Assembly: GCA_964057225.1 (NCBI GenBank)
Contig: OZ059894.1
Location: 4,588,001 to 4,652,000, forward strand
Direction: 5' to 3'
Source of the DNA: Auanema rhodensis
Lineage: Eukaryota; Animalia; Nematoda
Length of the DNA stretch: 64,000 nt
Notes under the pieces: generated by a model
Told to the model about the DNA's origin: nothing
Databases searched by the model: none
The model's input: the letters and a program-made list of their open reading frames with translations, nothing else
Part shown: piece after piece, positions 37,554-52,991 of the stretch
How the letters are laid out: each line of letters opens with the position of its first letter
Numbering within the stretch: position 1 is the first letter of the stretch
Program-made: the position numbers and the translations under genes

Positions 37554-40500
37554 AGCAATGTTGAGTGTACATGGAAACTCAACATACACTAATGCATCAT
37601 TTTTCAAACGATCATAACTAATTTTTGTATTAAGCGTTTTTCAATGTAGTATAGTGCATTCGATGCGGATTTTTAAGCTGCGTCGATCTGTGTTATCAGA
37701 TTTGCGCTAGCTTAAAAATGCACCGAGATATCAACTGATATAAGTTCACACTTATATCCTCGATTTTCACCCTGAAGAATTAATTTTCTCGTTGAATAAC
37801 ATTGTCCATCGTCTTTGCCTTGAAAAAAGGAATCTAAAAACATCTACTTTTTGCTAAATTATTTTGAAATTTTCCGAAAAAATTTTTGTCAAAATGTTTT
37901 TGGAAGCAATGTTGAGTGTACATGGAAACTCAACATACACTAATGCATCATTTTTCAAACGATCATAACTAATTTTTGTATTAAGCGTTTTTCAATGTAG
38001 TATAGTGCATTCGATGCGGATTTTTAAGCTGCGTCGATCTGTGTTATCAGATTTGCGCTAGCTTAAAAATGCACCGAGATATCAACTGATATAAGTTCAC
38101 ACTTATATCCTCGATTTTCACCCTGAAGAATTAATTTTTTCGTTGAATAACATTGTCTATCGTCTTTGCCTTGAGAAATGGAATCTAAAAACATCTACTT
38201 TTTGCTAAATTATTTTGAAATTTTTCGAAAAAATTTTTGTCAAAATGTTTTTGGAAGCAATGTTGAGTGTACATGGAAACTCAACATACACTAATGCATC
38301 ATTTTTCAAACGATCATAACTAATTTTTGTATCAAGCGTTTCTCAATGTAGTATAGTGCATTCGATCCGGATTTTTAAGCTGCGTCGATCTGTGTTATCA
38401 GATTTGCGCTAGCTTAAAAATGCAACGAGATATCAACTGATATAAGTTCACACTTATATCCTCGATTTTCACCCTGAAGAAATAATTTTTTTGTTGAATA
38501 ACATTGTCCATCGTCTTTGCCTTGAAAAAAGGAATCTAAAAACATCTACTTTTTGCTAAATTATTTTGAAATTTTTCGAAAAAATTTTTGTCAAAACTTT
38601 TTGGAAGCAATGTTGAGTGTACATGGAAACTCAACATACACTAATGCATCATTTTTCAAACGATCATAACTAATTTTTGTATTAAGCGTTTTTCAATGTA
38701 GTATAGTGCATTCGATGCGGATTTTTAAGCTGCGTCGATCTGTGTTATCAGATTTGCGCTAGCTTGAAAATGCACCGAGATATCAACTGATATAAGTTCA
38801 CACTTATATCCTCGATTTTCATCCTGAAGAATTAATTTTTTCGTTGAATAACATTGTCCATCGTCTTTGCCTTGAAAAATCGAATCTAAAAACATCTACT
38901 TTTCGCTAAATTATTTTGAAATTTTTCGAAAAAATTTTTGTCAAAATGTTTTTGGAAGCAATGTTGAGTGTACATGGAAACTCAACATACACTAATGCAT
39001 CATTTTTCAAACGATCATAACTAATTTTTGTATCAAGCGTTTTTCAATGTAGTATAGTGCATTCGATGCGGATTTTTAAGCTGCGTCGATCTGTGTTATC
39101 AGATTTGCGCTAGCTTAAAAATGCACCGAGATATCAACTGATATAAGTTCACACTTATATCCTCGATTTTCACCCTGAAGAATTAATTTTCTCGTTGAAT
39201 AACATTGTCCATCGTCTTTGCCTTGAAAAAAGGAATCTAAAAACATCTACTTTTTGCTAAATTATTTTGAAATTTTCCGAAAAAATTTTTGTCAAAATGT
39301 TTTTGGAAGCAATGTTGAGTGTACATGGAAACTCAACATACACTATTGCATCATTTTTCAAACGATCATAACTAATTTTTGTATTAAGCGTTTTTCAATG
39401 TAGTATAGTGCATTCGATGCGGATTTTTAAGCTGCGTCGATCTGTGTTATCAGATTTGCGCTAGCTTAAAAATGCACCGAGATATCAACTGATATAAGTT
39501 CACACTTATATCCTCGATTTTCACCCTGAAGAATTAATTTTTTCGTTGAATAACATTGTCTATCGTCTTTGCCTTGAGAAATGGAATCTAAAAACATCTA
39601 CTTTTTGCTAAATTATTTTGAAATTTTTCGAAAAAATTTTTGTCAAAATGTTTTTGGAAGCAATGTTGAGTGTACATGGAAACTCAACATACACTAATGC
39701 ATCATTTTTCAAACGATCATAACTAATTTTTGTATCAAGCGTTTCTCAATGTAGTATAGTGCATTCGATCCGGATTTTTAAGCTGCGTCGATCTGTGTTA
39801 TCAGATTTGCGCTAGCTTAAAAATGCAACGAGATATCAACTGATATAAGTTCACACTTATATCCTCGATTTTCACCCTGAAGAAATAATTTTTTTGTTGA
39901 ATAACATTGTCCATCGTCTTTGCCTTGAAAAAAGGAATCTAAAAACATCTACTTTTTGCTAAATTATTTTGAAATTTTTCGAAAAAATTTTTGTCAAAAC
40001 TTTTTGGAAGCAATGTTGAGTGTACATGGAAACTCAACATACACTAATGCATCATTTTTCAAACGATCATAACTAATTTTTGTATTAAGCGTTTTTCAAT
40101 GTAGTATAGTGCATTCGATGCGGATTTTTAAGCTGCGTCGATCTGTGTTATCAGATTTGCGCTAGCTTGAAAATGCACCGAGATATCAACTGATATAAGT
40201 TCACACTTATATCCTCGATTTTCATCCTGAAGAATTAATTTTTTCGTTGAATAACATTGTCCATCGTCTTTGCCTTGAAAAATCGAATCTAAAAACATCT
40301 ACTTTTCGCTAAATTATTCTGAAATTTTTCGAAAAAATTTTTGTCAAAATGTTTTTGGAAGCAATGTTGAGTGTACATGGAAACTCAACATACACTAATG
40401 CATCATTTTTCAAACGATCATAACTAATTTTTGTATCAAGCGTTTTTCAATGTAGTATAGTGCATTCGATGCGGATTTTTAAGCTGCGTCGATCTGTGTT

Positions 40501-42816
40501 ATCAGATTTGCGCTAGCTTAAAAATGCACCGAGATATCAACTGATATAAGTTCACACTTATATCCTCGATTTTCACCCTGAAGAATTAATTTTCTCGTTG
40601 AATAACATTGTCCATCGTCTTTGCCTTGAAAAAAGGAATCTAAAAACATCTACTTTTTGCTAAATTATTTTGAAATTTTCCGAAAAAATTTTTGTCAAAA
40701 TGTTTTTGGAAGCAATGTTGAGTGTACATGGAAACTCAACATACACTATTGCATCATTTTTCAAACGATCATAACTAATTTTTGTATTAAGCGTTTTTCA
40801 ATGTAGTATAGTGCATTCGATGCGGATTTTTAAGCTGCGTCGATCTGTGTTATCAGATTTGCGCTAGCTTAAAAATGCACCGAGATATCATCTGATATAA
40901 GTTCACACTTATATCCTCGATTTTCACCCTGAAGAATTAATTTTCTTGTTGAATAACATTGTCCATCGTCTTTGCCTTGAAAAAAGGAATCTAAAAACAT
41001 CTACTTTTTGCTAAATTATTTTGAAATTTTTCGAAAAAAGTTTTGTCAAAATGTTTTTGGAAGCAATGTTGAGTGTACATGGAAACTCAACATACACTAA
41101 TGCATCATTTTTCAAACGATCATAACTAATTTTTGTATTAAGCTTTTCTCAATGTAGTATAGTGCATTCGATGCGGATTTTTAAGCTGCGTCGATCTGTG
41201 TTATCAGATTTGCGCTAGCTTAAAAATGCACCGAGATATCAACTGATATAAGTTCACACTTATATCCTCGATTTTCACCCTGAAGAATTAATTTTTTCGT
41301 TGAATAACATTGTCTATCGTCTTTGCCTTGAAAAATGGAATCTAAAAACATCTACTTTTTGCTAAATTATTCTGAAATTTTTCGAAAAAATTTTTGTCAA
41401 AATGTTTTTGGAAGCAATGTTGAGTGTACATGGAAACTCAACATACACTAATGCATCATTTTTCAAACGATCATAACTAATTTTTGTATCAAGCGTTTTT
41501 CAATGTAGTATAGTGCATTCGATGCGGATTTTTAAGCTGCGTCGATCTGTGTTATCAGATTTGCGCTAGCTTAAAAATGCACCGAGATATCAACTGATAT
41601 AAGTTCACACTTATATCCTCGATTTTCATCCTGAAGAATTAATTTTTTCGTTGAATAACATTGTCCATCGTCTTTGCCTTGAAAAATCGAATCTAAAAAC
41701 ATCTACTTTTCGCTAAATTATTTTGAAATTTTTCGAAAAAATTTTTGTCAAAATGTTTTTGGAAGCAATGTTGAGTGTACATGGAAACTCAACATACACT
41801 AATGCATCATTTTTCAAACGATCATAACTAATTTTTGTATCAAGCGTTTTTCAATGTAGTATAGTGCATTCGATGCGGATTTTTAAGCTGCGTCGATCTG
41901 TGTTATCAGATTTGCGCTAGCTTAAAAATGCACCGAGATATCAACTGATATAAGTTCACACTTATATCCTCGATTTTCACCCTGAAGAATTAATTTTCTC
42001 GTTGAATAACATTGTCCATCGTCTTTGCCTTGAAAAAAGGAATCTAAAAACATCTACTTTTTGCTAAATTATTTTGAAATTTTCCGAAAAAATTTTTGTC
42101 AAAATGTTTTTGGAAGCAATGTTGAGTGTACATGGAAACTCAACATACACTATTGCATCATTTTTCAAACGATCATAACTAATTTTTGTATTAAGCGTTT
42201 TTCAATGTAGTATAGTGCATTCGATGCGGATTTTTAAGCTGCGTCGATCTGTGTTATCAGATTTGCGCTAGCTTAAAAATGCACCGAGATATCATCTGAT
42301 ATAAGTTCACACTTATATCCTCGATTTTCACCCTGAAGAATTAATTTTCTCGTTGAATAACATTGTCCATCGTCTTTGCCTTGAAAAAAGGAATCTAAAA
42401 ACATCTACTTTTTGCTAAATTATTTTGAAATTTTTCGAAAAAAGTTTTGTCAAAATGTTTTTGGAAGCAATGTTGAGTGTACATGGAAACTCAACATACA
42501 CTAATGCATCATTTTTCAAACGATCATAACTAATTTTTGTATTAAGCTTTTCTCAATGTAGTATAGTGCATTCGATGCGGATTTTTAAGCTGCGTCGATC
42601 TGTGTTATCAGATTTGCGCTAGCTTAAAAATGCACCGAGATATCAACTGATATAAGTTCACACTTATATCCTCGATTTTCACCCTGAAGAATTAATTTTT
42701 TCGTTGAATAACATTGTCTATCGTCTTTGCCTTGAAAAATGGAATCTAAAAACATCTACTTTTTGCTAAATTATTTTGAAATTTTTCGAAAAAATTTTTG
42801 TCAAAATGTTTTTGGA
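37554..42816. repeat. 4-monomer-period higher-order block (about 1403-1404 bp)
   Basis: TTTCCGA monomers start at 37554, 38957, 40360, 41764. AATCGA+TTCGCT monomers start at 38606, 40009, 41413. GCAACGAG+CAAAACTTTT monomers start at 38256 and 39659. Confidence 0.85.
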
Positions 42817-45800
42817 AGCAATGTTGAGTGTACATGGAAACTCAACATACACTAATGCATCATTTTTCAAACGATCATAACTAATTTTTGTATCAAGCGT
42901 TTTTCAATGTAGTATAGTGCATTCGATGCGGATTTTTAAGCTGCGTCGATCTGTGTTATCAGATTTGCGCTAGCTTAAAAATGCACCGAGATATCAACTG
43001 ATACAAGTTCACACTTATATCCTCGATTTTCACCCTGAAGAATTAATTTTCTCGTTGAATAACATTGTCCATCGTCTTTGCCTTGAAAAAAGGAATCTAA
43101 AAACATCTACTTTTTGCTAAATTATTTTGAAATTTTTCGAAAAAATTTTTGTCAAAATGTTTTTGGAAGCAATGTTGAGTGTACATGGAAACTCAACATA
43201 CACTAATGCATCATTTTTCAAACGATCATAACTAATTTTTGTATTAAGCGTTTTTCAATGTAGTATAGTGCAATCGATGCGGATTTTTAAGCTGCGTCGA
43301 TCTGTGTTATCAGATTTGCGCTAGCTTAAAAATGCACCGAGATATCAACTGATATAAGTTCACACTTATATCCTCGATTTTCATCCTGAAGAATTAATTT
43401 TTTCGTTGAATAACACTGTCCATCGTCTTTGCCTTGAAAAATCGAATCTAAAAACATCTACTTTTCGCTAAATTATTTTGAAATTTTTCGAAAAAATTTT
43501 TGTCAAAATGTTTTTGGAAGCAATGTTGAGTGTACATGGAAACTCAACATACACTAATGCATCATTTTTCAAACGATCATAACTAATTTTTGTATTAAGC
43601 GTTTTTCAATGTAGTATAGTGCATTCGATGCGGATTTTTAAGCTGCGTCGATCTGTGTTATCAGATTTGCGCTAGCTTAAAAATGCACCGAGATATCAAC
43701 TGATATAAGTTCACACTTATATCCGCGATTTTCACCCTGAAGAATTAATTTTTTCGTTGAATAACATTGTCTATCGTCTTTGCCTTGAGAAATGGAATCT
43801 AAAAACATCTACTTTTTGCTAAATTATTTTGAAATTTTTCGAAAAAATTTTTGTCAAAATGTTTTTGGAAGCAATGTTGAGTGTACATGGAAACTCAACA
43901 TACACTAATGCATCATTTTTCAAACGATCATAACTAATTTTTGTATCAAGCGTTTTTCAATGTAGTATAGTGCATTCGATGCGGATTTTTAAGCTGCGTC
44001 GATCTGTGTTATCAGATTTGCGCTAGCTTAAAAATGCACCGAGATATCAACTGATATAAGTTCACACTTATATCCTCGATTTTCACCCTGAAGAAATAAT
44101 TTTTTCGTTGAATAACATTGTCCATCGTCTTTGCCTTGAAAAAAGGAATCTAAAAACGTCTACTTTTTGCTAAATTATTTTGAAATTTTTCGAAAAAATT
44201 TTTGTCAAAATGTTTTTGGAAGCAATGTTGAGTGTACATGGAAACTCAACATACACTAATGCATCATTTTTCAAACGATCATAACTAATTTTTGTATCAA
44301 GCGTTTTTCAATGTAGTATAAAGCATTCGATCCGGATTTTCAAGCTGCGTCGATCTGTGTTATCAGATTTGCGCTAGCTGAAAAATGCACCGAGATATCA
44401 ACTGATATAAGTTCACACTTATATCCTCGATTTTCACTCTGAAGAAATAATTTTTTCGTTGAATAACATTGTCCATCGTCTTTGTTTTGAAAAAAGGAAT
44501 CTAAAAACATCTACTTTTTGCTAAATTATTTTGAAATTTTTCGAAAAAATTTTTGTCAAAATTTTTTGGAAGCAATGTTGAGTGTACATGGAAACTCAAC
44601 ATACACTAATGCATCATTTTTCAAACGATCATAACTAATTTTTGTATCAAGCGTTTTTCAATGTAGTATAGTGCATTCGATGCGGATTTTTAAGCTGCGT
44701 CGATCTGTGTTATCAGATTTGCGCTAGCTTAAAAATGCACCGAGATATCAACTGATATAAGTTCACACTTATATCCTCGATTTTCACCCTGAAGAATTAA
44801 TTTTCTCGTTGAATAACATTGTCCATCGTCTTTGCCTTGAAAAAAGGAATCTAAAAACATCTACTTTTTGCTAAATTATTTTGAAATTTTCCGAAAAAAT
44901 TTTTGTCAAAATGTTTTTGGAAGCAATGTTGAGTGTACATGGAAACTCAACATACACTAATGCATCATTTTTCAAACGATCATAACTAATTTTTGTATCA
45001 AGCGTTTTTCAATGTAGTATAGTGCATTCGATGCGGATTTTTAAGCTGCGTCGATCTGTGTTATCAGATTTGCGCTAGCTTAAAAATGCACCGAGATATC
45101 AACTGATACAAGTTCACACTTATATCCTCGATTTTCACCCTGAAGAATTAATTTTCTCGTTGAATAACATTGTCCATCGTCTTTGCCTTGAAAAAAGGAA
45201 TCTAAAAACATCTACTTTTTGCTAAATTATTTTGAAATTTTTCGAAAAAATTTTTGTCAAAATGTTTTTGGAAGCAATGTTGAGTGTACATGGAAACTCA
45301 ACATACACTAATGCATCATTTTTCAAACGATCATAACTAATTTTTGTATTAAGCGTTTTTCAATGTAGTATAGTGCAATCGATGCGGATTTTTAAGCTGC
45401 GTCGATCTGTGTTATCAGATTTGCGCTAGCTTAAAAATGCACCGAGATATCAACTGATATAAGTTCACACTTATATCCTCGATTTTCATCCTGAAGAATT
45501 AATTTTTTCGTTGAATAACACTGTCCATCGTCTTTGCCTTGAAAAATCGAATCTAAAAACATCTACTTTTCGCTAAATTATTTTGAAATTTTTCGAAAAA
45601 ATTTTTGTCAAAATGTTTTTGGAAGCAATGTTGAGTGTACATGGAAACTCAACATACACTAATGCATCATTTTTCAAACGATCATAACTAATTTTTGTAT
45701 TAAGCGTTTTTCAATGTAGTATAGTGCATTCGATGCGGATTTTTAAGCTGCGTCGATCTGTGTTATCAGATTTGCGCTAGCTTAAAAATGCACCGAGATA

Positions 45801-48800
45801 TCAACTGATATAAGTTCACACTTATATCCGCGATTTTCACCCTGAAGAATTAATTTTTTCGTTGAATAACATTGTCTATCGTCTTTGCCTTGAGAAATGG
45901 AATCTAAAAACATCTACTTTTTGCTAAATTATTTTGAAATTTTTCGAAAAAATTTTTGTCAAAATGTTTTTGGAAGCAATGTTGAGTGTACATGGAAACT
46001 CAACATACACTAATGCATCATTTTTCAAACGATCATAACTAATTTTTGTATCAAGCGTTTTTCAATGTAGTATAGTGCATTCGATCCGGATTTTCAAGCT
46101 GCGTCGATCTGTGTTATCAGATTTGCGCTAGCTGAAAAATGCACCGAGATATCAACTGATATAAGTTCACACTTATATCCTCGATTTTCACTCTGAAGAA
46201 ATAATTTTTTCGTTGAATAACATTGTCCATCGTCTTTGTTTTGAAAAAAGGAATCTAAAAACATCTACTTTTTGCTAAATTATTTTGAAATTTTTCGAAA
46301 AAATTTTTGTCAAAATTTTTTGGAAGCAATGTTGAGTGTACATGGAAACTCAACATACACTAATGCATCATTTTTCAAACGATCATAACTAATTTTTGTA
46401 TCAAGCGTTTTTCAATGTAGTATAGTGCATTCGATGCGGATTTTTAAGCTGCGTCGATCTGTGTTATCAGATTTGCGCTAGCTTAAAAATGCACCGAGAT
46501 ATCAACTGATATAAGTTCACACTTATATCCTCGATTTTCACCCTGAAGAATTAATTTTCTCGTTGAATAACATTGTCCATCGTCTTTGCCTTGAAAAAAG
46601 GAATCTAAAAACATCTACTTTTTGCTAAATTATTTTGAAATTTTCCGAAAAAATTTTTGTCAAAATGTTTTTGGAAGCAATGTTGAGTGTACATGGAAAC
46701 TCAACATACACTAATGCATCATTTTTCAAACGATCATAACTAATTTTTGTATTAAGCGTTTTTCAATGTAGTATAGTGCATTCGATGCGGATTTTTAAGC
46801 TGCGTCGATCTGTGTTATCAGATTTGCGCTAGCTTAAAAATGCACCGAGATATCAACTGATATAAGTTCACACTTATATCCTCGATTTTCATCCTGAAGA
46901 ATTAATTTTTTCGTTGAATAACATTGTCCATCGTCTTTGCCTTGAAAAATCGAAGCTAAAAACATCTACTTTTCGCTAAATTATTTTGAAATTTTTCGAA
47001 AAAATTTTTGTCAAAATGTTTTTGGAAGCAATGTTGAGTGTACATGGAAACTCAACATACACTAATGCATCATTTTTCAAACGATCATAACTAATTTTTG
47101 TATCAAGCGTTTTTCAATGTAGTATAGTGCATTCGATGCGGATTTTTAAGCTGCGTCGATCTGTGTTATCAGATTTGCGCTAGCTTAAAAATGCACCGAG
47201 ATATCAACTGATATAAGTTCACACTTATATCCTCGATTTTCACCCTGAAGAATTAATTTTCTCGTTGAATAACATTGTCCATCGTCTTTGCCTTGAAAAA
47301 AGGAATCTAAAAACATCTACTTTTTGCTAAATTATTTTGAAATTTTCCGAAAAAATTTTTGTCAAAATGTTTTTGGAAGCAATGTTGAGTGTACATGGAA
47401 ACTCAACATACACTAATGCATCATTTTTCAAACGATCATAACTAATTTTTGTATTAAGCGTTTTTCAATGTAGTATAGTGCATTCGATGCGGATTTTTAA
47501 GCTGCGTCGATCTGTGTTATCAGATTTGCGCTAGCTTAAAAATGCACCGAGATATCAACTGATATAAGTTCACACTTATATCCTCGATTTTCACCCTGAA
47601 GAATTAATTTTCTCGTTGAATAACATTGTCCATCGTCTTTGCCTTGAAAAAAGGAATCTAAAAACATCTACTTTTTGCTAAATTATTTTGAAATTTTTCG
47701 AAAAAAGTTTTGTCAAAATGTTTTTGGAAGCAATGTTGAGTGTACATGGAAACTCAACATACACTAATGCATCATTTTTCAAACGATCATAACTAATTTT
47801 TGTATTAAGCTTTTCTCAATGTAGTATAGTGCATTCGATGCGGATTTTTAAGCTGCGTCGATCTGTGTTATCAGATTTGCGCTAGCTTAAAAATGCACCG
47901 AGATATCAACTGATATAAGTTCACACTTATATCCTCGATTTTCACCCTGAAGAATTAATTTTTTCGTTGAATAACATTGTCTATCGTCTTTGCCTTGAAA
48001 AATGGAATCTAAAAACATCTACTTTTTGCTAAATTATTTTGAAATTTTTCGAAAAAATTTTTGTCAAAATGTTTTTGGAAGCAATGTTGAGTGTACATGG
48101 AAACTCAACATACACTAATGCATCATTTTTCAAACGATCATAACTAATTTTTGTATCAAGCGTTTTTCAATGTAGTATAGTGCATTCGATGCGGATTTTT
48201 AAGCTGCGTCGATCTGTGTTATCAGATTTGCGCTAGCTTAAAAATGCACCGAGATATCAACTGATATAAGTTCACACTTATATCCTCGATTTTCACCCTG
48301 AAGAATTAATTTTCTCGTTGAATAACATTGTCCATCGTCTTTGCCTTGAAAAAAGGAATCTAAAAACATCTACTTTTTGCTAAATTATTTTGAAATTTTC
48401 CGAAAAAATTTTTGTCAAAATGTTTTTGGAAGCAATGTTGAGTGTACATGGAAACTCAACATACACTAATGCATCATTTTTCAAACGATCATAACTAATT
48501 TTTGTATTAAGCGTTTTTCAATGTAGTATAGTGCATTCGATGCGGATTTTTAAGCTGCGTCGATCTGTGTTATCAGATTTGCGCTAGCTTAAAAATGCAC
48601 CGAGATATCAACTGATATAAGTTCACACTTATATCCTCGATTTTCACCCTGAAGAATTAATTTTCTCGTTGAATAACATTGTCTATCGTCTTTGCCTTGA
48701 AAAATGGAATCTAAAAACATCTACTTTTTGCTAAATTATTTTGAAATTTTTCGAAAAAATTTTTGTCAAAATGTTTTTGGAAGCAATGTTGAGTGTACAT

Positions 48801-51800
48801 GGAAACTCAACATACACTAATGCATCATTTTCAAACGATCATAACTAATTTTTGTATTAAGCGTTTTTCAATGTAGTATAGTGCATTCGATGCGGATTTT
48901 TAAGCTGCGTCGATCTGTGTTATCAGATTTGCGCTAGCTTAAAAATGCACCGAGATATCAACTGATATAAGTTCACACTTATATCCTCGATTTTCACCCT
49001 GAAGAATTAATTTTCTCGTTGAATAACATTGTCCATCGTCTTTGCCTTGAAAAAAGGAATCTAAAAACATCTACTTTTTGCTAAATTATTTTGAAATTTT
49101 TCGAAAAAAGTTTTGTCAAAATGTTTTTGGAAGCAATGTTGAGTGTACATGGAAACTCAACATACACTAATGCATCATTTTTCAAACGATCATAACTAAT
49201 TTTTGTATCAAGCGTTTTTCAATGTAGTATAGTGCATTCGATGCGGATTTTTAAGCTGCGTCGATCTGTGTTATCAGATTTGCGCTAGCTTAAAAATGCA
49301 CCGAGATATCAACTGATATAAGTTCACACTTATATCCTCGATTTTCACCCTGAAGAATTAATTTTCTCGTTGAATAACATTGTCCATCGTCTTTGCCTTG
49401 AAAAAAGGAATCTAAAAACATCTACTTTTTGCTAAATTATTTTGAAATTTTTCGAAAAAATTTTTGTCAAAATGTTTTTGGAAGCAATGTTGAGTGTACA
49501 TGGAAACTCAACATACACTAATGCATCATTTTTCAAACGATCATAACTAATTTTTGTATCAAGCGTTTTTCAATGTAGTATAGTGCATTCGATGCGGATT
49601 TTTAAGCTGCGTCGATCTGTGTTATCAGATTTGCGCTAGCTTAAAAATGCACCGAGATATCAACTGATACAAGTTCACACTTATATCTTCGATTTTCACC
49701 CTGAAGAAATAATTTTTTCGTTGAATAACATTGTCCATCGTCTTTGCTTTGAAAAAAGGATTCTAAAAACATCTACTTTTTGCTAAATTATTTTGAAATT
49801 TTTCGAAAAAATTTTTGTCAAAATGTTTTTGGAAGCAATGTTGAGTGTACATGGAAACTCAACATACACTAATGCATCATTTTTCAAACGATCATAACTA
49901 ATTTTTGTATCAAGCGTTTCTTAATGTTGTATAGTGCATTCGATCCGGATTTTTAAGCTGCGTCGATCTGTGTTATCAGATTTGCGCTAGCTTAAAAATG
50001 CACCGAGATATCAACTGATATAAGTTCACACTTATATCCTCGATTTTCACCCTGAAGAAATAATTTTTTCGTTGAATAACATTGTCCATCGTCTTTGCCT
50101 TGAAAAAAGGAATCTAAAAACATCTACTTTTTGCTAAATTATTTTGAAATTTTTCGAAAAAATTTTTGTCAAAATGTTTTTGGAAGCAATGTTGAGTGTA
50201 CATGGAAACTCAACATACACTAATGCATCATTTTTCAAACGATCATAACTAATTTTTGTATTAAGCGTTTCTCAATGTAGTAAAGTGCATTCGATGCGGA
50301 TTTTTAAGCTGCGTCGATCTGTGTTATCAGATTTGCGCTAGCTTAAAAATGCACCGAGATATCAACTGATATAAGTTCACACTTATATCCTCGATTTTCA
50401 CCCTGAAGAATTAATTTTTTCGTTGAATAACATTGTCTATCGTCTTTGCCTTGAGAAATGGAATCTAAAAACATCTACTTTTTGCTAAATTATTTTGAAA
50501 TTTTTCGAAAAAATTTTTGTCAAAATGTTTTTGGAAGCAATGTTGAGTGTACATGGAAACTCAACATACACTAATGCATCATTTTTCAAACGATCATAAC
50601 TAATTTTTGTATCAAGCGTTTTTCAATGTAGTATAGTGCATTCGATGCGGATTTTTAAGCTGCGTCGATCTGTGTTATCAGATTTGCGCTAGCTTAAAAA
50701 TGCACCGAGATATCAACTGATATAAGTTCACACTTATATCCTCGATTTTCACCCTGAAGAATTAATTTTCTCGTTGAATAACATTGTCCATCGTCTTTGC
50801 CTTGAAAAAAGGAATCTAAAAACATCTACTTTTTGCTAAATTATTTTGAAATTTTTCGAAAAAATTTTTGTCAAAATGTTTTTGGAAGCAATGTTGAGTG
50901 TACATGGAAACTCAACATACACTAATGCATCATTTTTCAAACGATCATAACTAATTTTTGTATCAAGCGTTTTTCAATGTAGTATAGTGCATTCGATGCG
51001 GATTTTTAAGCTGCGTCGATCTGTGTTATCAGATTTGCGCTAGCTTAAAAATGCACCGAGATATCAACTGATACAAGTTCACACTTATATCTTCGATTTT
51101 CACCCTGAAGAAATAATTTTTTCGTTGAATAACATTGTCCATCGTCTTTGCTTTGAAAAAAGGATTCTAAAAACATCTACTTTTTGCTAAATTATTTTGA
51201 AATTTTTCGAAAAAATTTTTGTCAAAATGTTTTTGGAAGCAATGTTGAGTGTACATGGAAACTCAACATACACTAATGCATCATTTTCAAACGATCATAA
51301 CTAATTTTTGTATTAAGCGTTTTTCAATGTAGTATAGTGCATTCGATGCGGATTTTTAAGCTGCGTCGATCTGTGTTATCAGATTTGCGCTAGCTTAAAA
51401 ATGCACCGAGATATCAACTGATATAAGTTCACACTTATATCCTCGATTTTCACCCTGAAGAATTAATTTTTTCGTTGAATAACATTGTCTATCGTCTTTG
51501 CCTTGAGAAATGGAATCTAAAAACATCTACTTTTTGCTAAATTATTTTGAAATTTTTCGAAAAAATTTTTGTCAAAATGTTTTTGGAAGCAATGTTGAGT
51601 GTACATGGAAACTCAACATACACTAATGCATCATTTTTCAAACGATCATAACTAATTTTTGTATCAAGCGTTTTTCAATGTAGTATAGTGCATTCGATGC
51701 GGATTTTTAAGCTGCGTCGATCTGTGTTATCAGATTTGCGCTAGCTTAAAAATGCACCGAGATATCAACTGATATAAGTTCACACTTATATCCTCGATTT

Positions 51801-52991
51801 TCACCCTGAAGAATTAATTTTCTCGTTGAATAACATTGTCCATCGTCTTTGCCTTGAAAAAAGGAATCTAAAAACATCTACTTTTTGCTAAATTATTTTG
51901 AAATTTTTCGAAAAAATTTTTGTCAAAATGTTTTTGGAAGCAATGTTGAGTGTACATGGAAACTCAACATACACTAATGCATCATTTTTCAAACGATCAT
52001 AACTAATTTTTGTATCAAGCGTTTTTCAATGTAGTATAGTGCATTCGATGCGGATTTTTAAGCTGCGTCGATCTGTGTTATCAGATTTGCGCTAGCTTAA
52101 AAATGCACCGAGATATCAACTGATACAAGTTCACACTTATATCTTCGATTTTCACCCTGAAGAAATAATTTTTTCGTTGAATAACATTGTCCATCGTCTT
52201 TGCTTTGAAAAAAGGATTCTAAAAACATCTACTTTTTGCTAAATTATTTTGAAATTTTTCGAAAAAATTTTTGTCAAAATGTTTTTGGAAGCAATGTTGA
52301 GTGTACATGGAAACTCAACATACACTAATGCATCATTTTTCAAACGATCATAACTAATTTTTGTATCAAGCGTTTCTTAATGTTGTATAGTGCATTCGAT
52401 CCGGATTTTTAAGCTGCGTCGATCTGTGTTATCAGATTTGCGCTAGCTTAAAAATGCACCGAGATATCAACTGATATAAGTTCACACTTATATCCTCGAT
52501 TTTCACCCTGAAGAAATAATTTTTTCGTTGAATAACATTGTCCATCGTCTTTGCCTTGAAAAAAGGAATCTAAAAACATCTACTTTTTGCTAAATTATTT
52601 TGAAATTTTTCGAAAAAATTTTTGTCAAAATGTTTTTGGAAGCAATGTTGAGTGTACATGGAAACTCAACATACACTAATGCATCATTTTTCAAACGATC
52701 ATAACTAATTTTTGTATTAAGCGTTTCTCAATGTAGTAAAGTGCATTCGATGCGGATTTTTAAGCTGCGTCGATCTGTGTTATCAGATTTGCGCTAGCTT
52801 AAAAATGCACCGAGATATCAACTGATATAAGTTCACACTTATATCCTCGATTTTCACCCTGAAGAATTAATTTTTTCGTTGAATAACATTGTCTATCGTC
52901 TTTGCCTTGAGAAATGGAATCTAAAAACATCTACTTTTTGCTAAATTATTTTGAAATTTTTCGAAAAAATTTTTGTCAAAATGTTTTTGGA

